A DNA stretch of 64,000 nt, from assembly GCA_965655095.1 (NCBI GenBank), contig OZ296648.1:118730001-118794000 (forward strand). Reading direction: 5' to 3'. The number at the start of each line of letters is the position of its first letter. Within the stretch, counting starts at the first letter, position 1. The position numbers and the translations under genes are program-made. Source of the stretch: Haplodiscus bocki. Taxonomy: Eukaryota. The notes beneath the pieces were generated by a model, which worked only from the letters and a program-made list of their open reading frames with translations, did not search any database and had not been told where the DNA came from. This document shows positions 25,301 through 40,300 of the stretch, in pieces.

Positions 25301-28300
25301 ACATGCATTATGTAAAAACTTGTAAAAATTGTCCGGCTTGTAACTTGTAATACTTTTATGCAAGCTCGACTAGGGAGGTGCTTGTTCGTTTCAACTTTGC
25401 ATACTTGGTGACTCATGAAAACGTCTTGTGTTAAGTTTGACGCTCTATTAAAACATGCTATCACTATTGAAATATGGATCACCAAGTAATCAATGGATTT
25501 CTCAAACATTGTCAATCCAATTTCCTCGATCAAACGCTTGATTGACAGCTGGTGTAGTACTTCTAAAATTGTCAAGCATGTATCCGATCAAAGGTCAGAT
25601 GTCTCGGGATCTTCGATTAGTAATGTTTGTTTTTGATCTCAGCTGACAAGTCAGAATTTGTTGCGAAGTTCCATTTTTCCACTGTGTTGACGTTTGAATT
25701 AGAATTTTTCTCTGAGTAGATGGCGGAATACACTGGTGTAGTGTAAATGATCAAAAATGACCTTTGCAAACTCTGGAAGAAAGAATGTGTATTGAAGCCG
25801 GCTCATGCTTAGTTTGTTTTATCCTTTCCAAACTTGCATTTTTTGACCTCATCTGAGAATAATCATCTGGTGTAAATGGTAAAAAAGGGCTTCTTTTGGC
25901 AGGTACTCGTTCTTTTTCGCGTTGTTTACTTCTGAAACATTGGGCAGCAAAATGGCGTAACCTGAAAAGACTTGATTGACTTATCTATTTTTGAATGAGG
26001 CAGTGTGGCAGATACCAGTTCATTTTCGCATTTTTCACTGTGCAACTTTTTTAAACATAGGGGAGCAAAGTGGCGTAATCTGAAAAGATGATTGATTGAA
26101 GATGATTGACATATCAAGTTTTTGATTGAGACAGTGTGGCAGCTACTTGTCGACCTAACTTCGATTGACAGCTGTTGTGGTAATTCTAAAAGTCAATCAT
26201 ATCTCCGATAATGGCTTCAATTGCCTTTCAGTGTCTTCGATCTCAACAGGCAAGTCAGAATGTGTTGCGAAGCTTCGCATCGCCTGTGTCTTTCGTAAAA
26301 TCTTAAATGTCAGCATGAAAAAAAAATAAATGTATGGATTTTATACCAATGGTCCACTTCAGGTGCGCGAGAAAGTTTGAACTCGATGTTTGAAGATGTT
26401 GCAAAAAAGGTGAAAGCAGCTCATGAGAAAACGGAAGCGAAAGTGAATGCAAGAATCAAAGAAGAGCAAGAGAAGTTGATGGACATGATCAAAGTCAGGG
26501 GCAAAATCACGTGGGTCAAAAACAATCACGAGTTGCCCCCTGGCGACGAATTCGACATGGCCGAGAGATGGCGCAACGTTGCCTCGACTGTGCAACGGGA
26601 AATGCTACTCAGTCTTGCAGACAGTGATGTAAGTTGTTGAAAAGTTTTGTTTCCGATCAAATTAAAATGTCAGAATGACGTAGTTTTGTGTGACCACAGT
26701 AACCTTTATTTGAACGGCGCTGTACCACACATGGTGTATTATAATGTGGAGGTATTTAGGGTTGCCGTTATACGCGGTTTTGTTTAATATCAACTAGTTG
26801 CGCGATATAAATGAGAAGTGACGCGATATCGGAAGTTGGTCGAAAGGGTCGCATATTGTCATATGTTGTATTCCGAAAAAACGGACAATTTTCGAAACAA
26901 ATGTCGGGATGATAAATGGGAAAATCCGTGCAGAAGTCGATGAAAAAAGCTACAATGTACTCTTGATTTACCTCCTCTCCTTACAAGCCTCTTAACGGAT
27001 GATATGCGAAATGGCGGGAAGACAAATACCGCATCTGGGCATCCACACTAATACTAACCGAAAAACACGATATTGATGACTCAGCGTACATGAAAATGAG
27101 CAAACTCTCGAAACTGCTTGAAACTTTTTTCTTTGAAAATGTTGTGGTTTCCTTTTGTTTGCCCTTTGGTCCATTCTATACAATTTATTTCCACCGTATT
27201 TAGCATTTTCCTTTTCTCAAATTTGCCCTGCATCAAAAAAGTTTTTGTTCATCCTAGAAAAACATGTTTTTTTTTGGCGGGTAATCCAAACTTTTTGCCA
27301 ATAATGGTAAGGTATTTCATGCTGAAGGCAAATATGAGAATTTGGCTGTTATCCAAGAGGTACTAAATTGGTGCCAGGGCATTTATGGCAGTTTTGCGAA
27401 TGAATCGAGAGAATCTAATTCTTGCGCCGAAAAGTACTTATTTTTTAGATCGACTGTTCTCTCATTTAGACGTGTTCATTGCAGGCACTTTCCAAACGCA
27501 TGGTTTGTGTAGTTCTTTGCCGTTTTTATTATTCTATAAACTGGATGCTTGAATTGTTTCAACTTATTTCTATCAGACTGGAAGGCTAAGCTGTTGGCCT
27601 TTCTGGAAGACAAAGAGCAAAAGTAAATTCAAGAAAGAGTTCGATTTACCTGGAAAGGTAAAGTATGTTTATACTTCTGCTCTCAATGTTTTTAGATGAT
27701 TGGGATAACTTTTTAGTTTTAACCAATTCAAAAACTTTCAACAATTAATTTATCCCAAAACTTCAATTTTCAACAGAATATCTTTAATCAGATCGTTAAG
27801 TCCTTTAATTTATTGCCAAATGGAGAAAACTTCAAATTTTTGTAGTAAGGTTAATAAATCCAGTTTGCAGTTATCCAACACCGCGCGTATATGAGACGCT
27901 GATGCTCCTAGCAAACGCTTTGTCAAAAAAATTATCCACAAGTTTTTAGTCATAGCCAACAATTCTAATGGAATGGGGCGGTGAGATATCGGACAATTGT
28001 CTACTTGTCGAAAAAGAAAAAAATTTCACAATTTTCGCTTTTTTCACGAATTTTTGGTTGGTTTTTGCAAGTAGTTTGGAATCATGGTTTTATTGATCAA
28101 AATTGATTCATCATACTTAGCCCAATCAATTACAAACAAGAATAACGAACTTTCGTTTTTGAAGGTTCTTTCTATTTCATATTTTTTGACTGGCTCCGAA
28201 AAAAAATCAGTTGTCCTCAATTGGGGACGAAAAGACTATCGAGGTTAAATAGCCAATTTTCGCATTAATCTTTGACATTCGACTAGGTGTGTGGAAAACT

Positions 28301-31300
28301 CGTCGCTTGCGGCGACTCGTCGAAAATGAGAAGCAGAAAACTCGTAAAACGGGTACAATGTAAACTGGTCGCAAAGCAAACGCATCGCAAAAGTAAAAGC
28401 AAAAGGTTCGCAAATTAGTTAGACTGGAAATTAATCACTCGAATTTAATTAGTCGCTGCTAATTTTGCTCACCTTTCGGTTTCATAATTACGAACCCGGG
28501 AACAGGGCATGTCAGCGCCGAAGGTAAGGCTCAAAATACGCGTAAAATGAAGTCCTAAGAGCTAAGAATACTAGTAAAATGTTTGAATAGTTTTGACTTT
28601 ACTGGGAAACTCTGATGTAAAAAACCATTGTGTTTGCTTGTCGGAGAATTTCGGATTATGCAAAAAAGAATACGTTCGATATTTGCCTTTTTCGATTTTG
28701 TTTTGGTGAACGCAAGGAATGCGAAAAAGCTATTTCGTTTCCGCAATTTTATTTCCCTTTAAAGCAATAGCGGGGATGGCAAAGAAGTTGATTTTAGAAA
28801 TATACATTAAAGGGGATTTCACGAAAAATCTTGGAACTGTCAGTTTGGGATGTTTTTTTGTGCTAATCGGAGCGGTAATGTGGAAACAAGGATTTTCGAA
28901 GTCCAACTTTTAAATATTTTTTGCCGCAAATTTGCTATCTTTTCTCGAAATAAGTCTACGAAGTGGAATGATTTTGGTCGAATTTTGTGGCTAATTTGCT
29001 GCCTTCTAAAGGTTGAAAATTTCGAGGCCAAAATCGTGCAATTGGCAGACCTTACGTAAATGTAAAATGAATGATTTTGCTTCCATGTGTAAAATATGAG
29101 CGGAAAGTAGTAAATTAAGAGGGTGTGATTTGAGTTATTAAATTTCCAAAGTAGCAGTGAATTAGTGGAATCAATTGGCTGTCATTTTCGACAAAGTTAC
29201 TTTCCTTTTTGCCATAAATTATCCGCCTTATCTTTGTTGACGAGTTGCTTTCTACAAGTTGCATGCAACGAGTTTTTCTAAATTCTTTTCCGAAGTTCCA
29301 AACTTCTTGTTCCGTCTTCGAAACTTTGCCTTTTATTGGTTATGCCCACAATTGATGAATACAGAGGTGAAGATGCGCTCTGGAAACTTTTACCAGAAGG
29401 CTTGGGAAATCTCATTTCCGAAATCTTTGAGGAAAGAGATGACAACCGTAACGAAGGCTTCATGTGTTTCTTATATAAAGAACCCGAACATTCAGTTTTT
29501 TTTTCGTCGATATACTGAGTTCACTCAGTACAACCAAAAGAAATGCTTATTTTCGATGTCATCAATGTTTCGTGCAGAAGAAATGACTCTGAAAAGGACA
29601 GCCTGCCTTGATTCTAGCGAAAAGTTCATGAAAGTGAGTAACAGAAAACCTTGAATCGCTCCTCAAAATGATGGCTCCTAAACAAAAAACTCGGCGATTA
29701 GAAGAAACTTGCTAACCCCTTTACATATATAGAAGACATTTGTTGCACAAACAAATCTACAGAAAACCCGCATACTTCTCCTTGAGTATGAAGCAAACGA
29801 AGAAAAAACTTGAAGAAAGCATTCGAGTAGGAAACTTTGTGGTGCCTGCCAATATATCGAGTTTTTCGAGCTAACGGCAATTTACAATCGGAAAATATTG
29901 CCCCAATATGCTTTGTCTTAGGCCCGCCGCGAACAAAAACTTGGCTTAGGTAAACAGTGCTCCTCTCGCAAGCTTTATCGAACGCATTCGATCTTTCATG
30001 CTGTAATCCGACTCCAAGGAATCAATTGAACTCGGCGAAATCTAGACCTGCTCGAAAATGGGCGCTGGAAAAACTGCAGGTTTTCAACAAAAACGACACT
30101 CCAGCAAGCTCTGTGTTTCAGCTGTACAGTTGAATTCCACACTCGATAACAAAACAAGAGAGTTTACTACGAGAAAACGAAGTTGTTTTCTGTAGAAATG
30201 GAACTGTATCGATTTTTCTTGCTGAAAATCGGGCGAAATCACATTTTAATCTCTGTTGAAAAAAAACCATGCTCTACGAAGCTCTTCACTGTCGCCGTCC
30301 GATGCTGCATTGGCCTGGGACAATGAACCCCTTCAGAAAAAAACTTGACATGTTTTGGAAAAACTTTTCGAAAATTCAACAAGTTAAAAATGTTTTTAAT
30401 TATTTCCCGTCGAAAACTTACCCAAAAAACGCGTAACCTCTCATTGACCTTCGATATTGTGTATAGATCCCGCGAAGCCCAGTCAATGAGTGAATTGACT
30501 TTCCGAGGCATTGGTGCGTCTTGTCCGATTAATTTTAGTGGAGAGGATGAATTCGTCAAAACGCCAACCAGTTAGTTATACGGCGAGAAATTTGATGCGT
30601 CATTTGCCCTACAAGTCCACCGATAATCAATCAACGAACACATCGAACCAACACAGACATTTCCAGGCCTTCACGATGATGAAAATGCTGCAGAACTTGT
30701 GTTTTTCTACTTCGCAACATTTACCGTGACGACGCCGACTTTGCTCGAACACTTTGACACCAAAGTCCACTTACCTAGGCTGGTTGTTTCGCCAATTCAA
30801 TGACATGGGCAAATCATGCAAGAAGAATGCCTTTTCAGACCTGCAATAAAGATCGCCCGTTTATCTCTGTAATTGCGAATTGCGGCGTATGTCATTTATT
30901 CTACATTTCCGGAAAAGTATTTTCAGATTGCTTCCGCTGATTTTTGTTAACCGAAGTTTTTCTGCGCTCAAAAATTTCGGACACTGTCTTTCACTGCCTT
31001 CCCCACTTTTTTTGAAAAAATCATGTCGATTGTACTAATGGGAAAGAACATAAAGGCTTGGTGCTAGGGTCGTGGCAAGATCTGGGAAAAGTCATCAAAT
31101 TGTTCCATCTGTTTTTATTTGGAACCTCGGTTTGTCAACGAATTTGATCTAAAACTCAGTATTTCGATTTGCATGTATCGAAATTGATAGATTCAGCTTT
31201 TTTGCCCAAATTGTAGAGTCAGATTTTCAACCGCAACCAAAATGTATGTATCACATTGGAGTTTCCTCTTCATTACTCTGCTGAGTATGGGTCGTTTTGG

Positions 31301-34300
31301 GGTGTAGGTTCTCGGATATAGCAATTGGAATTGACACATTTTTTCAAAACAGCCAAAATTAATAATTTTTCAGAGTTCCTGGCTTTAAGGAAATAAGGCT
31401 TCAATTTGACAAAAAAAAAATCAAAGTATTATCCGAAATTTGCTCGTTGTTCAAGTTGCTCCCGAAAGAAACTGTGGAATAATTTTCGCGCTGTAACCAG
31501 AGCTTAGTATCGAGAGCATTGATATATCCTTGTTTTGCCGAGGCCTAATGTGCCACATTTTTAGACATTGTCTCCAGGGTTTAGGAATAAAATTTGACGA
31601 ATAATTTTGAAATAGTACAAAGATTTCGCTTTAATTTTTAGTTTCTTGCAAAAACTTCTCAAGTTACAGGATTAACACTTCAACATATTTGAAATATCCA
31701 AAAAATGATCAAGTTCCTCTAGTAAAAAAAACCAATCGAATTTATTTTGACCGCTAACGATTCTTACTTGTCTTCGCTGTATGCCAATGCCAAATTGGCT
31801 TCATTATCAAACAATGGTTCCAATATAAAGGACTAAAAGACAAAAAGATGTTTACGATAGACGTCAATTCCTCGTTTTTGTATGCTCTGCACAAAAACCA
31901 ATCGATTAATTTTGTGACCGAACCAGACTCTAAGTTCACAGATTGGAGCCTCCTTGTTAGGCTCATACAAAATGCGAGCAGTTTGATGACAGATTTGGTA
32001 GTGTATAAGACTTTGAATGAAAGAAATTCTTCAGAATAGCCAATAATAGTGCGATTTTCAAATGTTTTTCGCTGAACCCAATGAAAGTCTTCGCACGGCA
32101 AAGAACTTTTAGTATGTGCCACATTGGGGTCTCCTAATTGTTGTCATACACCTTTCGGGTGAATTGGATGTCTGAGTGCCAAAATATGCAACTTATATGA
32201 TAATTACCACCCAAATAGCGGAAAACAGCTCAATTTTTGTTTCTTTTCGCAAAAACACCTATCGAAAAATTTTTGAACCGCAACGAAAATTCATTATGTG
32301 GTAGGCTACAGTCCCGTCGTCACGTTTCTGCATAACTCATAAAAATTTGTTGAATATGTAAAGAGATGTTCAAATATGTAAAAAACGACTTGAGATTGAA
32401 ACGGTAAATAATTAAAAATGCTTGTTTTTTTCCAGAGTCAGTATCCAAAGAGGTTTCGCTACGCTAGCCTAGAAATTCTTTCCAGCGGTTTCTGAAACCA
32501 CGTCTAGAAAGCAAGTCGCAAAAAATTTTGTGATGCTCACTTTTACAATTACCACACGCACGAAAATCTATTCGGAGTCGAAAACTATTCACAGATGGAC
32601 AAATATATTTCATGTTGTTGTGCTGATTTGACTTGAAGAAGCTGATTCTTTCTCAAACTTTCATTTTCCCAAATTTTTCGGTAAGAAAAAGCAGGGTAGA
32701 TTTTGGATTTTTGAGTTTTTTCTTCCCTCATGAGATTCTGCGTTTGAAACTAACAGACGTTAAAAATTCAGCAAGAATTATCTCACGCAGATACAAGTAA
32801 AACGACCAACAGTTCACGTGTGGAATGCAGGAATTCTTATTTGAGTTGAGTGCGTGCACTTTCAATATCGTGCAGTTTAATCCGAATTAGCCCCAGAGTA
32901 AAAAAAACTCGCTGACCGCAATACACTTGCGCTCACTGACTTCGCTAGCTTTCAAGTGCAACGCAGAATCGAAGCAGAGCTTTGTAAAGCTGGAATCGTG
33001 ATGACAGCTACGAGTGAACTTTGGTGCAATCAATTGCTTTCGAGAAAGTCACATAAGAAAACGTCAACCAGCCAGCTATTCCGAGTTCTTAATTAGCTAT
33101 TTTCCACTTTCTGAAAACGGACGTCCCTAGCTTGTAGCAGATTTCACCAATTGCGTTTTTAGTTTCATTAACAGTAGATTGTTTCAGTCCGGTCACTGAT
33201 GTTCAGAAATTATGTGTAACTACATACAAGAGGCGCAGTCGCACTGCGATTTTTTCCGTCAAGTCGGCACAGAACTCATAGATCGAACCTACAACAATTG
33301 ATGTTGAAAAAACCATTTTCGAGAGAAAAAAAGTTGTCAATGGAGATCTTGATGGAAGAATTCAAGCCAATCTACAAGAAATAAAACCAAGGATTTATCA
33401 GTGTAAGAGTCATTTAGTATGAAAGCGTCAATTCAGAAGTTGATACAAGAATATTAAGCTGTAGTTTTCGAGAATGTTGATTTGGAATTTCGAGCTTTGT
33501 CTGAACGAAAAACACTTTTTGCCACTTCTAACCTATCAAGATTTCGATTCCGATGTAAAGATCATATTTTAAGATATTTAGAAACGAAATTTCCGCTTCA
33601 AATCAAAAGCTATCGTAATTGACACCTTGATGGGAATAAAATGAAATAGGTAGAGTTGACGGAATAAAAGTTTCAATACCGAGGTGTGTCAAAACTAAAA
33701 CCGCTTTCTGGCAATTCTGGTCCATCAGGATTCCAGAGGGGTACAAATTCAACTATTTCCTTATCAAATATTCTAACTCAAGTAGAAAGCATTACGTTGA
33801 GACTTTGAAGAAAGACATGAAGTTAGTAGTTGTGAGAAAACCCGGGTTAGAAAATCAGGAAGACTCCATATTGAAAAATACTTCTTGACATTTTTGGACA
33901 ATCAGAAGTCAATCGTAAGGGACCGAAACAGTTATTACTACTAAATGTCCTCAAAAGCGGAAACCTTTCTTTTGCGACCTTTCGTTTGGTGGAAGAAAAG
34001 AAGCTGCGGACATGGATGACTGAATGCCGAGATAAATCAAAAGTAATAGTATTCTCTGGAATTTTGGGCCTATCAAGATTCTGATGCGAGAAAAAAATTA
34101 CTGATTTGATTTGTGAACCAATCTCCACAAGTTTGAAATTTTCGGCAGAGACCAAGATGGAAGATACCAAGCTTCTTGTTGGAGAATTATCTTATTTCAA
34201 TATCGAGCTGAAACATTATAAATTGCATTATTCGGAATATCGGACTGTCAGTATTCCAATGCAAAGAACAAAATCGACCATATATCCGTGGAGAATGTTT

Positions 34301-37300
34301 TTCCAACAAAAGCTTTTGATTGAGACCTTCTTAAAAGAAATGAAGCCTGTAGTTATGAGTGACAAATGAGGATGAGTTTGAATATCGAGAAAAAATATTA
34401 TCAAGTTTCTTTTTGGAAATTTCGCACTATCGTGATTGTGATTCAACAATCAAAATCCGCGGTTTTTCACCTCAGTACTCCTCTGCAAGTGTTATGTTTT
34501 AGATTGAGTGCTTGATGTAAGAATTCGAACTTGTAGTGGCTTAGGAATACAAGTTTCAATAATGAGCGAAATGATTGATAATAGCACTTTCTGGATTTTT
34601 CGGACTGTCGAGACTCTGATGCAAGGAACACAAATCGACAATTCCATCGAAAATTTTTCCTAAACTAGACAATTTCCGATGCCGACCCTCATGAAAGAGA
34701 AAAAGCCTGTGGTTTTCGTGAAATATGAATTTGAATATCGAGACTAATCAATAATATTAAACATTTTCTGACAATCGGGATTATGATGAAAGGATCAGAA
34801 TATTTGGTTTTCCTATCAAATCATCCTCCTCAAATGTCAGAGTTTCAATTGAGACCTTGATCGAAGAAATTAAGCTTGTTGTCCAGAAATAAGTCTTTAG
34901 ATATCGATAAAAATCGTTAAAAATAGCAGTTTCTTAATTTTTTGATTATCAGGATTCTGATGCAAGGAACAAAATTGATACTTTTCGAAATAAACAGTTC
35001 ACGACGAGTGGAAAACATCCGACTGAGACTTATATTCGAGATGAAACCTGTATTTTTGCAGAAAAGTGAGTTTCAAATTCAAGGATTTTCAAAACTAATC
35101 GGGCTTTTCGGCATCATTTCAATGTCGATACCACAGAACGATATGATGCAGCCGACATCTTCTCGAAAAAATTATGCATTTTTTCCTATGGATATATTAG
35201 GATAGTGAAAAAACTACTACATATAAACTGGAAAATTTGAATTATTTAATTTAATAAGTAACCTTTAACAGACTTATAAATTTCTTTTTTTTTCGATTTT
35301 TTCAGGAAAATCGAAATTTTGTCAAATTTTCAAGAAATATTTGAAAAAGAGCAATTTGTTTGTTACGTCGGAAAAGAGGTATTTTTTGAGAAAAAAAGCC
35401 CACTTAACAAAAAACCCTATTTATTTGTCAAAAAAACCCTAATTTTTTGCTGTTGAAAAATAGGAACGTGTTAACGAGTTTCTCAAAAGACGTAAAAAAT
35501 ATGGTCAATCGCGAAATTCTAACCCGTCACCTCCGGGTTCCCAACCGCGGTGACACCCGACACATGTACTATACAAGGTACCAATGACTCTGCAGACTTG
35601 TGAACTGTGCGCGTTATGGGCATTTCACGACAAAGAAAAATAACCGACAACTGCTGAATTGAATATTTTCCTTTCGAAAAAAATTTTTTGTCGGAAATTA
35701 ATAATTATTCTTGGTGATGCCTAAACGTTGCAATCATCGCCTATAGTTCACCCTGCACTTTTTATTTTTCGCCTCGTATTTTTAGTATGAAAGTGAAATT
35801 ATTCAATGAGAATAGCTGTTTTCAATTTTTTTTCAGACTAATCAAGCAATTTTATGGGTAAAGTTTAAGTAAAAGCTAATCTTTGAAAATGTAGTTCCAT
35901 TTTCCATGAAATTTTTCTTCGTCTGCGATTCTGGGCCGGGACCTCTTTAGTTCGCAGTTCTTAGAACTATTGCGAAGATAACCTTATTGGTAGTCATGTT
36001 TGAATTTGAAGATTCAGTCAAATAGATCTCTTCCTTTGTTATAATTATGTCTGTTAATATACTCTTTTTAGTGAAAAATTGTTACTCGAAATTTTCATTG
36101 TCTCATAATTGGCGAGAAATGTAATTTTGTACCAATATTTTCAAATCGACTTGTAATAGTTGCTCTTTTGATGAAGTGTGTTGAATGTGTATGTTCAAAT
36201 GATGCGAAATTTTATCCCTCAGTTGACAGTGGCGTTTCTTTTAAATTTGAAAGCAACCAAAATCGAACCCTTAATCTTGTTTTCGTTTCAGCTCAATAGA
36301 CAACTCGTGCTCAGCTTTCTCAACATACATGGCAAGCTCTTCACATCAATTGGGTTAGTCATCATTCCTCATTCATTTCAAATCACCTGCGTCAAACAAA
36401 CCAAAAATTTTGATGTTTTGATCGAAATTCTACATGTTACCCATACTTTTTACCTGTCTTTACTTTTCCTCATTTTCGCAATCGGTGTAGGACCTCGCTT
36501 TTCCATGCATAGAACTATTTGCACCATGTTGTTCCACGTATGGCTTATATCATTATCAACTTCTCATGGTATGACAATGACGTCATCGTTTACCAAGACC
36601 TGAAATTAGGAGAGCTAAGCAGAAAAACAGTTGAACAGAAAGTGAAAAATCAAATATTTAGCCGAAATACAATGAAAGCTAGTGAATACTCAATTGCGAT
36701 TGGCTCTCATTGATTTCGGATAATCTGTCGGCTCAGAATGAACAGCTGCTATACGCAGTCCTTGGAGTTTTGTTCTTTTCACCAAATGCTTGGATTTTGC
36801 GAATTTTCAGTCAGATCTCTTGAAAAGCCGAAACTTTTGCAACATTTTCGACGATCATACCCAGGGGAAGGAGAAATGACAAGCATTACGATGGGTAGTC
36901 ACTCAGTTTAATCTGCTGTTTGGCAGGCTTGTCTATTCCTTAGTCTGATCAAAGAACGCCCCCAGTAAAAACTGATGGCAAAAAATATGCATGTTTATTG
37001 TTGTACTTTCCGATAATTGACTAATCAAGTGAAAGTGATTCGATGTTTTAGGATGGAAACATTCAAGCAGCAGTTTAATCAGACTTCAGAAGAGTTCAAA
37101 ATTCTTCTCAACCACGAGCCTTTGTCGACGCCGGACGAACGGTTTCTACAGCTCATCATCATCAACATTTTCGCCATTTACAACACCGCCAAAAGAGGAG
37201 GTACTACTCTCGCTGTTCGCTAAAGCTAATTTTTAACATTCTCATTCGAAAAAAGAACGTGCATTGAAACCGGCTTGTAGGTTTCAACTAAAAGTAGGTT

Positions 37301-40300
37301 TTAATTGAAAACCAGTTTTTACTCGGCGCTTTAAAATTAGGTGAAGTGCCGGATTATTACAGTGGCTAGTTTCCAGGACTTCAGAAATTTAAATTCTCAA
37401 AGTACTTATGGTGTAACTCGGTTTTTTAAACGCTTTTTCGTTTTCATGGTGTTAGTAGGTTTTTGTTTTTAACGCTTCTTCGTACGACATTTTGGCGACT
37501 TCGTCCCAAATAAGGAACTTCGTGCGACATTTGAAAAATTTTAAGCTACTTGGAAGTACAGGAGGGAGCATACGGATCATCATAGTAGTGGTGACAGCGG
37601 GCAAATCAGAAAAATTTGAATTTTTTCTTCTTGTTCCCTCGTCAGGATACATATAAAAGTTTAAACCCCGGGAGCTTCTTAATTCTTTTATCCCAATTCG
37701 CTGAATACGAATTAAGAGGGACGCTATGGCTGTCCCTGAAATTTTCCGCAGACCTATCCACCAAGGGTGGCTATGATTCAACATTTTTTTCACGGTTCAT
37801 GCGACGAAAATGAAAAATTAAAGTCTTGCACCTGCAAAAGAAGAGTGCTCTTTAACAATGGCCATATGGTACTTTTAATAGAATTAAACCGTACAGAAAA
37901 TGTGGATTTTGCGTTCTTCTATAACAAAAATTTTGGACCGTTGGCTCGAAATTCCATGAAACCCCTTACATGTGATAAAACTTTTTTGCAAAGGCAAATA
38001 CCAATAATTGCTCAAATAATGACTTCCTCAGGCAAAGAATAGTGTAACAAAGAATCCCTCTACTATTTTTCCGGCACTGTGATGCTACCCGGAAGATCCA
38101 TGTAGGAGCAAAGATGGTCTGCTCCGTACTTTTCGGCCGAATATTTTAGCTTATAATAGGCACATCCAAGGGGTTCTTATTTTGGTCTTTCGTCAGAATC
38201 GTTGTTCTGGAGTACTGTTCATGCATTCGTCCGAAACCTTCGTTCAATTTTTAGCACTTAGGAGGTTATTCAGAGTCTCGTTGTTGGTCTGTTCATTGTT
38301 CTCTATCCATCAAATATGTTGACATGTGCACCAAAAATGGAACCCAATTTTTCTTGCGTCTTTCTAAATCATTTTTCATGGAAGATGCTCCGTTTTTCGT
38401 GGAAAGGGTTTTCGATGACTATTAATCAGAAGTCGGTGTTGACATGTGCACCAAAAATGGAACCCAATTTTTCTTGCGTCTTTCTAAATCTTTGTTCATG
38501 GAAGATGCTCCGTTTTTCGTGAAAAGGGTTTTCGATGACTATTAATCAGAAGTCGGTTATTGCACATTAGTAGTGGCGCTTTTAACGCGGTCTACCTACA
38601 CCCAAATCCCGGATTCAAAATTCTTGGGATTCAACCGTTGACTGTTCCAAATAAGGTGAATTCATACATCAAAGCAGCCGCGGAGCGGAATTATTTAGGT
38701 ACAACGATGAACGATAATCGGTCGAGTAAAATAATTAGACTTTCAATTTCATTTCTTGCACTTTCTGTGCTTTTGTCTCAACTTAACATTTGTCACGTCA
38801 GCATGGGCCCGACCACGCCCGAAGAGGTGAATGAGTTGAAATACCATGGCAATAATTGTTCAGAACATTAAGACGGCTATCGTTTGGACGGAGGAACATC
38901 CTTTTAATCTGCTGCTGCTGAAGACCATCTATTTATCTGCTCAGATGTTTACGGCGGGATGAGATGTGAGGAATAAATATGATGGAATTAACATTTGTCA
39001 GGGAAGAATGACACATATCAGCCGGCTACCAATGCATGGAAGATTACAAGTTAAATGTTCAATCGATGGTTTACGTAACCTGCAAATGAGAGCATTGTGT
39101 TGCCGAAAAGTACACATCGAAAATCGTGCTATCAAATTTAGAAATCATGTTCTTGGATTAAGTAGACTAATACAAAAGAAGGGCTTGTTCGAAATTCTCG
39201 AAGACAAAATCAAATATCCTAGTTCCATATGGGTTCTCAGAAGTCGAAGGTGTACCGATTGACCAAATTTCTTCAAGAATCAAGGTGACTACTGGCTCAT
39301 CATCATGGACTGGTAATAACAAGAGTTCAATGTACCATTGATCATCATTAAAAAACACCCAGTATGTTCCAGTCAATTTGTTTAGCCCTGCGATACCGAA
39401 TACAAGATTATGACGAATACTGGACCCTAGAAAGTTGAAGCCTCTTCTAATCATTAAGAACCAGAACCATTTGTCTGAGATTGCAAAGTATCACAATTTA
39501 AAACAAAGACAAGAATCAGTTTGTTTTTGTTTTAACAACGAAAGTCTGAAAATTTTCATCCTACAATTTGTGGTACTTTTGTTTTCATGAAAGTTCTCTT
39601 CATTTTACGCACAACTTCGTGACATCCGATGAAGGCTTCTAATACCCTTCTGGTTGGCGATATTTTTTCATTGGAGGATAAATTAGTAACGTATGAAACA
39701 GACGAAGACCATTTACGCTTCATGATTGGTCTATGTCCGTTCGTTGACATTGATGTTTACCGAGAACAGGTTCCTCTAAAATTGAAATTGATAGTTGTTG
39801 GTTATTCCACAAAAGCAAAGTATACCGGTTAGGTTTTCTCCCAATAACAAGAATTTCTTCTCTAGGTTATTGAGAGCAAATTGTCTGCGGTCACTCGCGA
39901 AAATATAACCCATTTTTTGCTCTGAAATTTTTAGACTTTTCATTCAAGTTGCTTCAGGGATCTAAAAAGTTGTCCAGAAGTTGTCATTGACTTCGAAGGG
40001 TTTAGACAAAAAAATTACCCCGTCATAATCAGAGAAATTTCAATTTGTGCGCCAAACTTTCAGGACAATTCTCTGTCGACCTCCATCCGATGCACAACTT
40101 ACTCCCCAACATGAGAGGAAGGTTACGCGACACCTGCATGGTCTGGATTCGAACGCTGGAGCTCATGACTTTTCTTTCCAGCTCATATTTTTCACAAGTT
40201 TGAACGTTCGATTCCCAAGTGATGTCTTTTATGTTAAAGGACAGAAAAAATGTGATTCGCTACGGAGATAATCTTTCCAAATGATCGACCTACCGACAGT

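Larger units (their letters stand above)
22780..26280 (+). repeat. Interspersed repeat family copy (split by the 23060-25375 insertion); other copies at ~50830-51180 and ~54350-54720
   Basis: Shared blocks GAACAACAGCGTCCT(A/G)AAAG, ATTG(A/G)A(A/G)CCGGCT(T/C)AT..AAACT(T/A)GCATT and TTGATCT...GTCAGAAT.TGTTGCGAAG recur at these positions. Confidence 0.7.

Noticed and set aside
29250-32200. Several 60-130 aa ORFs in the SMG6 intron
   Set aside because: No recognisable motifs or consistent splice structure.
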